Shown: positions 49,787-64,000 of the stretch, one piece after another
Numbering within the stretch: the first letter of the stretch is position 1
Layout of the letters: each line of letters starts with the position of its first letter
Assembly (NCBI GenBank): GCA_002269645.1
Contig: NIVC01000420.1
Location: 496,001-560,000, forward strand
Reading direction: 5' to 3'
DNA from: Macrostomum lignano
Taxonomy: Eukaryota
Length of the DNA: 64,000 bases
Position numbers and translations under genes: made by a program
The notes under the pieces: model-generated
The model's database searches: none
Seen by the model: only the letters and a program-made list of their open reading frames with translations
Told to the model about the DNA's origin: nothing

Positions 49787-51766
49787 GTAAGTATACATTT
49801 AATCGTCTGTATATTTTTTCACTAATGCGAGATTAAAAGTGAACTTTTCTTTGAGCTTGGCAAACATTAATAATTGATTGAGTCCACGCTCGGGATTAGG
49901 GGCATTTGCGTAAGAAAATCTGCTCTCCCGCACTTCCCCCTGCCCACCAACAGAATCGACAGGATCTGGGATATTAAATTTGCACGAGCCCAGCCTCCAG
50001 TCAGCTTCATCAGAGGGGGGGGGGTGAGTCAATAGATTTATTGCTGCAAAAATGTGTTGAGGAATTTCTCTGATGAGCTGGCTTGTTCCTCAGAAATATT
50101 CGATTAAATATGAATTCTTTTCTCCCTTTCTCTCGCCCTCTCCCTCTCTCACGTCTGCACTCTCCCCTGTCTACCCTCTCCCTTCTCACCTTTCTCCATG
50201 TCCCTCTTCTACCCATTTTCTTCCATCTTTTTCAGGCACTTCTTCCTGTCAATCTACGTACACATGTGCGTTTTTATAAACTTGTTATAACACTAATTTC
50301 TGAAAGCAGCACTTCTGTCGCATCTGTTAGAGAAATAGGATTGTTCATGAGGGGAATTGCAGAAAAAACGAAACAGTCAGCCCTCCAGACGCACTGAATT
50401 GTGCGAAAATAAGACTTGGGGCTTGAGCCTGACACAGTTCTTGCTAAAATTGACAAATTCTGGTTAAAAAAATTTACCGTTGGACTGTTGGAAAAATGAG
50501 GAAGAGAATGATGGAGCAGATCCAGGACTGGAGCCCGGACCTGCCCGCATCGCACACGGGGTTAAAGCTGAACTCAGCCTGGTAGGAGGACGGTGTAACA
50601 TGGGGGAATAGAAAAAAAGAAGAGGGGAGAAAGAGGGGTCCGCAAGTTGTCAATCTTTTTAGTGGGATTGAAAAAAAAATTGCTTGATGAGGAGTGGGGA
50701 TCAGCTTGAGCTAAAGTGGTCGGGGGGAGGCCGCGGGCACAGCGCAGATGCAGTAATATTGTTCAGCATTTCCTGCCCGACTGACTCCGCCCTCGCCACC
50801 ACTCAGCTTCCAAATCTTCGCTCCTTCTATTTTGCTTTTGCTAGCGACCTGGAGAGAGTGGATCGCTTTAGCTAGAGAGATGGGCTTTTGAAGTTGCTAA
50901 TCGCATGGGCTTTGAGCAAGCTAACCATGCCTATGCTTTTTTGATTAATAAAAGCTATAATGATGGCTGGAGTGAGCAGCCGAGGTGTCTCCTGGGTCCG
51001 CTGCCGTCTTGACTTTCGCAACGTCGCAAAGGTTCTTTCTTGTACACGCTGCATCTAATAATGACCAAGTTCTATTGTTTGTGTTCCCCTAATGTCTTGT
51101 GTCTTTGGCGAGCATTTACCCGATTAAAGATAAATATGAAATTATTGCACCGTTGAGCAAATACTGCACAATCAGAAACCGCAGGTAAATTGTGCTCCAA
51201 ACTCACGAAAATCATAAGAGCAAGTGACTTGCAGCAATTGGCAGTGATCACTTATAGTGTCTCTCTCGTGCTTCTCCGCTCGTCTGTGTACACAAATGCA
51301 GGTCTAGCCTGAGCAGGGTTTGAGCAGTTTTAGAGACACCCGCCGTTGCCGGACTCTGAAGGTGTCTGTCAGTTGGTTGAGTTTTATCTCGGAGTGTTTG
51401 TGTTTCTGTCTTGGCCCGGCATGGCTGCTAAATGGGGTGACTCTGGCTGCTCGCGCGAGATCAGCTGAGCAAACAGGTTGGGAGAAAACTCTGACCAAGT
51501 CGCTCCTAAAACCAGTTTTGAAATGAACTTCGTGTGGCATAGGCGCGAATGTTTAACTGGTTGGTTAACTTACCGAGAGTCAAGGCGACAGGCAACTATG
51601 CATGTTTGTACCAAGAACTACTTTACTACTTAATGATCGAGAGAGTCGAGCTTCGATACTTTTGTCATGAGCCGATTTCAGAAGGTTTTCTACCTCAAAT
51701 TTCACCCTCTCGAACGCGCCCCAACAATCGCAGGTAATTTTCTGCCAAATTCAACCGAGCCAAACA

Positions 51767-63510
<11,744 letters not shown>

Positions 63511-64000
63511 CAAGCGAAGGCGTCCCTGAGTTCGACTCTCTTGAGGTTAAAAATATCATTAGTTTTAATTCAGCACCCAGTCTGTTATGCAAACCACCCA
63601 GATCTAAGTTTGTATGCTCGATAAAGCTAAGTTTCAATGCTCTATGTAGGCCAAAACAGCCAATTGTATTTTCTTTCTTTGTAATTACTAGCTGACACAC
63701 ACCACAAATAAATCATATACGAGGCTTAATGCTTTTCCTAAAAAAGGTGTGACTAAAGCCGACAGTTCAAGGATTAGCGCCAAAAAATATGAAATCGAAA
63801 GTGAGCAGAGAGTCTGTGGGGGAGTCGTGCCTACCTTATTCTAAACCTAGGATTGACTCACTGCCAAGTCCTCTTTTGCATTTGTAGCAATTTCTGGGAT
63901 TTACACGGACTTACGAGTAAAAAGCTCTAATCCCCTTTGTGTCCTCTGCTAGACAAACTATTTCGATTGACATGCTGGCTAGATTAAGCGGCTTTATTCA

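Overview
Eukaryotic (metazoan invertebrate) genomic DNA with GC-rich exons, AT-rich or minisatellite-filled introns and GT-AG splicing. A Macrostomum-type flatworm is my guess from style, not something I can show. Four spliced genes were assembled by hand with consistent intron phases: (1) the 5' part of a UBE3A/E6AP-like HECT ligase on the minus strand, running off the left edge; (2) a head-to-head CCDC175-like coiled-coil gene (14 exons, about 725 aa); (3) a complete 34-exon DNAH5/DNAH8-class outer-arm axonemal dynein heavy chain (about 4957 aa) with a diverged AAA ring; (4) a 7-repeat protocadherin (4 coding exons, about 1223 aa). Non-coding DNA holds about 20 distinct tandem arrays, a Mutator-like MITE with a 9-bp TSD, a CORE-SINE-like insert and a minimal hammerhead ribozyme motif. 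The most interesting signals are the hammerhead (7004-7041), exon-like segments including a 3-nt microexon candidate in the dynein stalk intron (37508-39368), altered catalytic motifs and large low-complexity insertions in the dynein ring, and an alternative terminal exon pair behind a GC donor in the CCDC175-like gene. Comparisons to human proteins are from memory and need real alignments.
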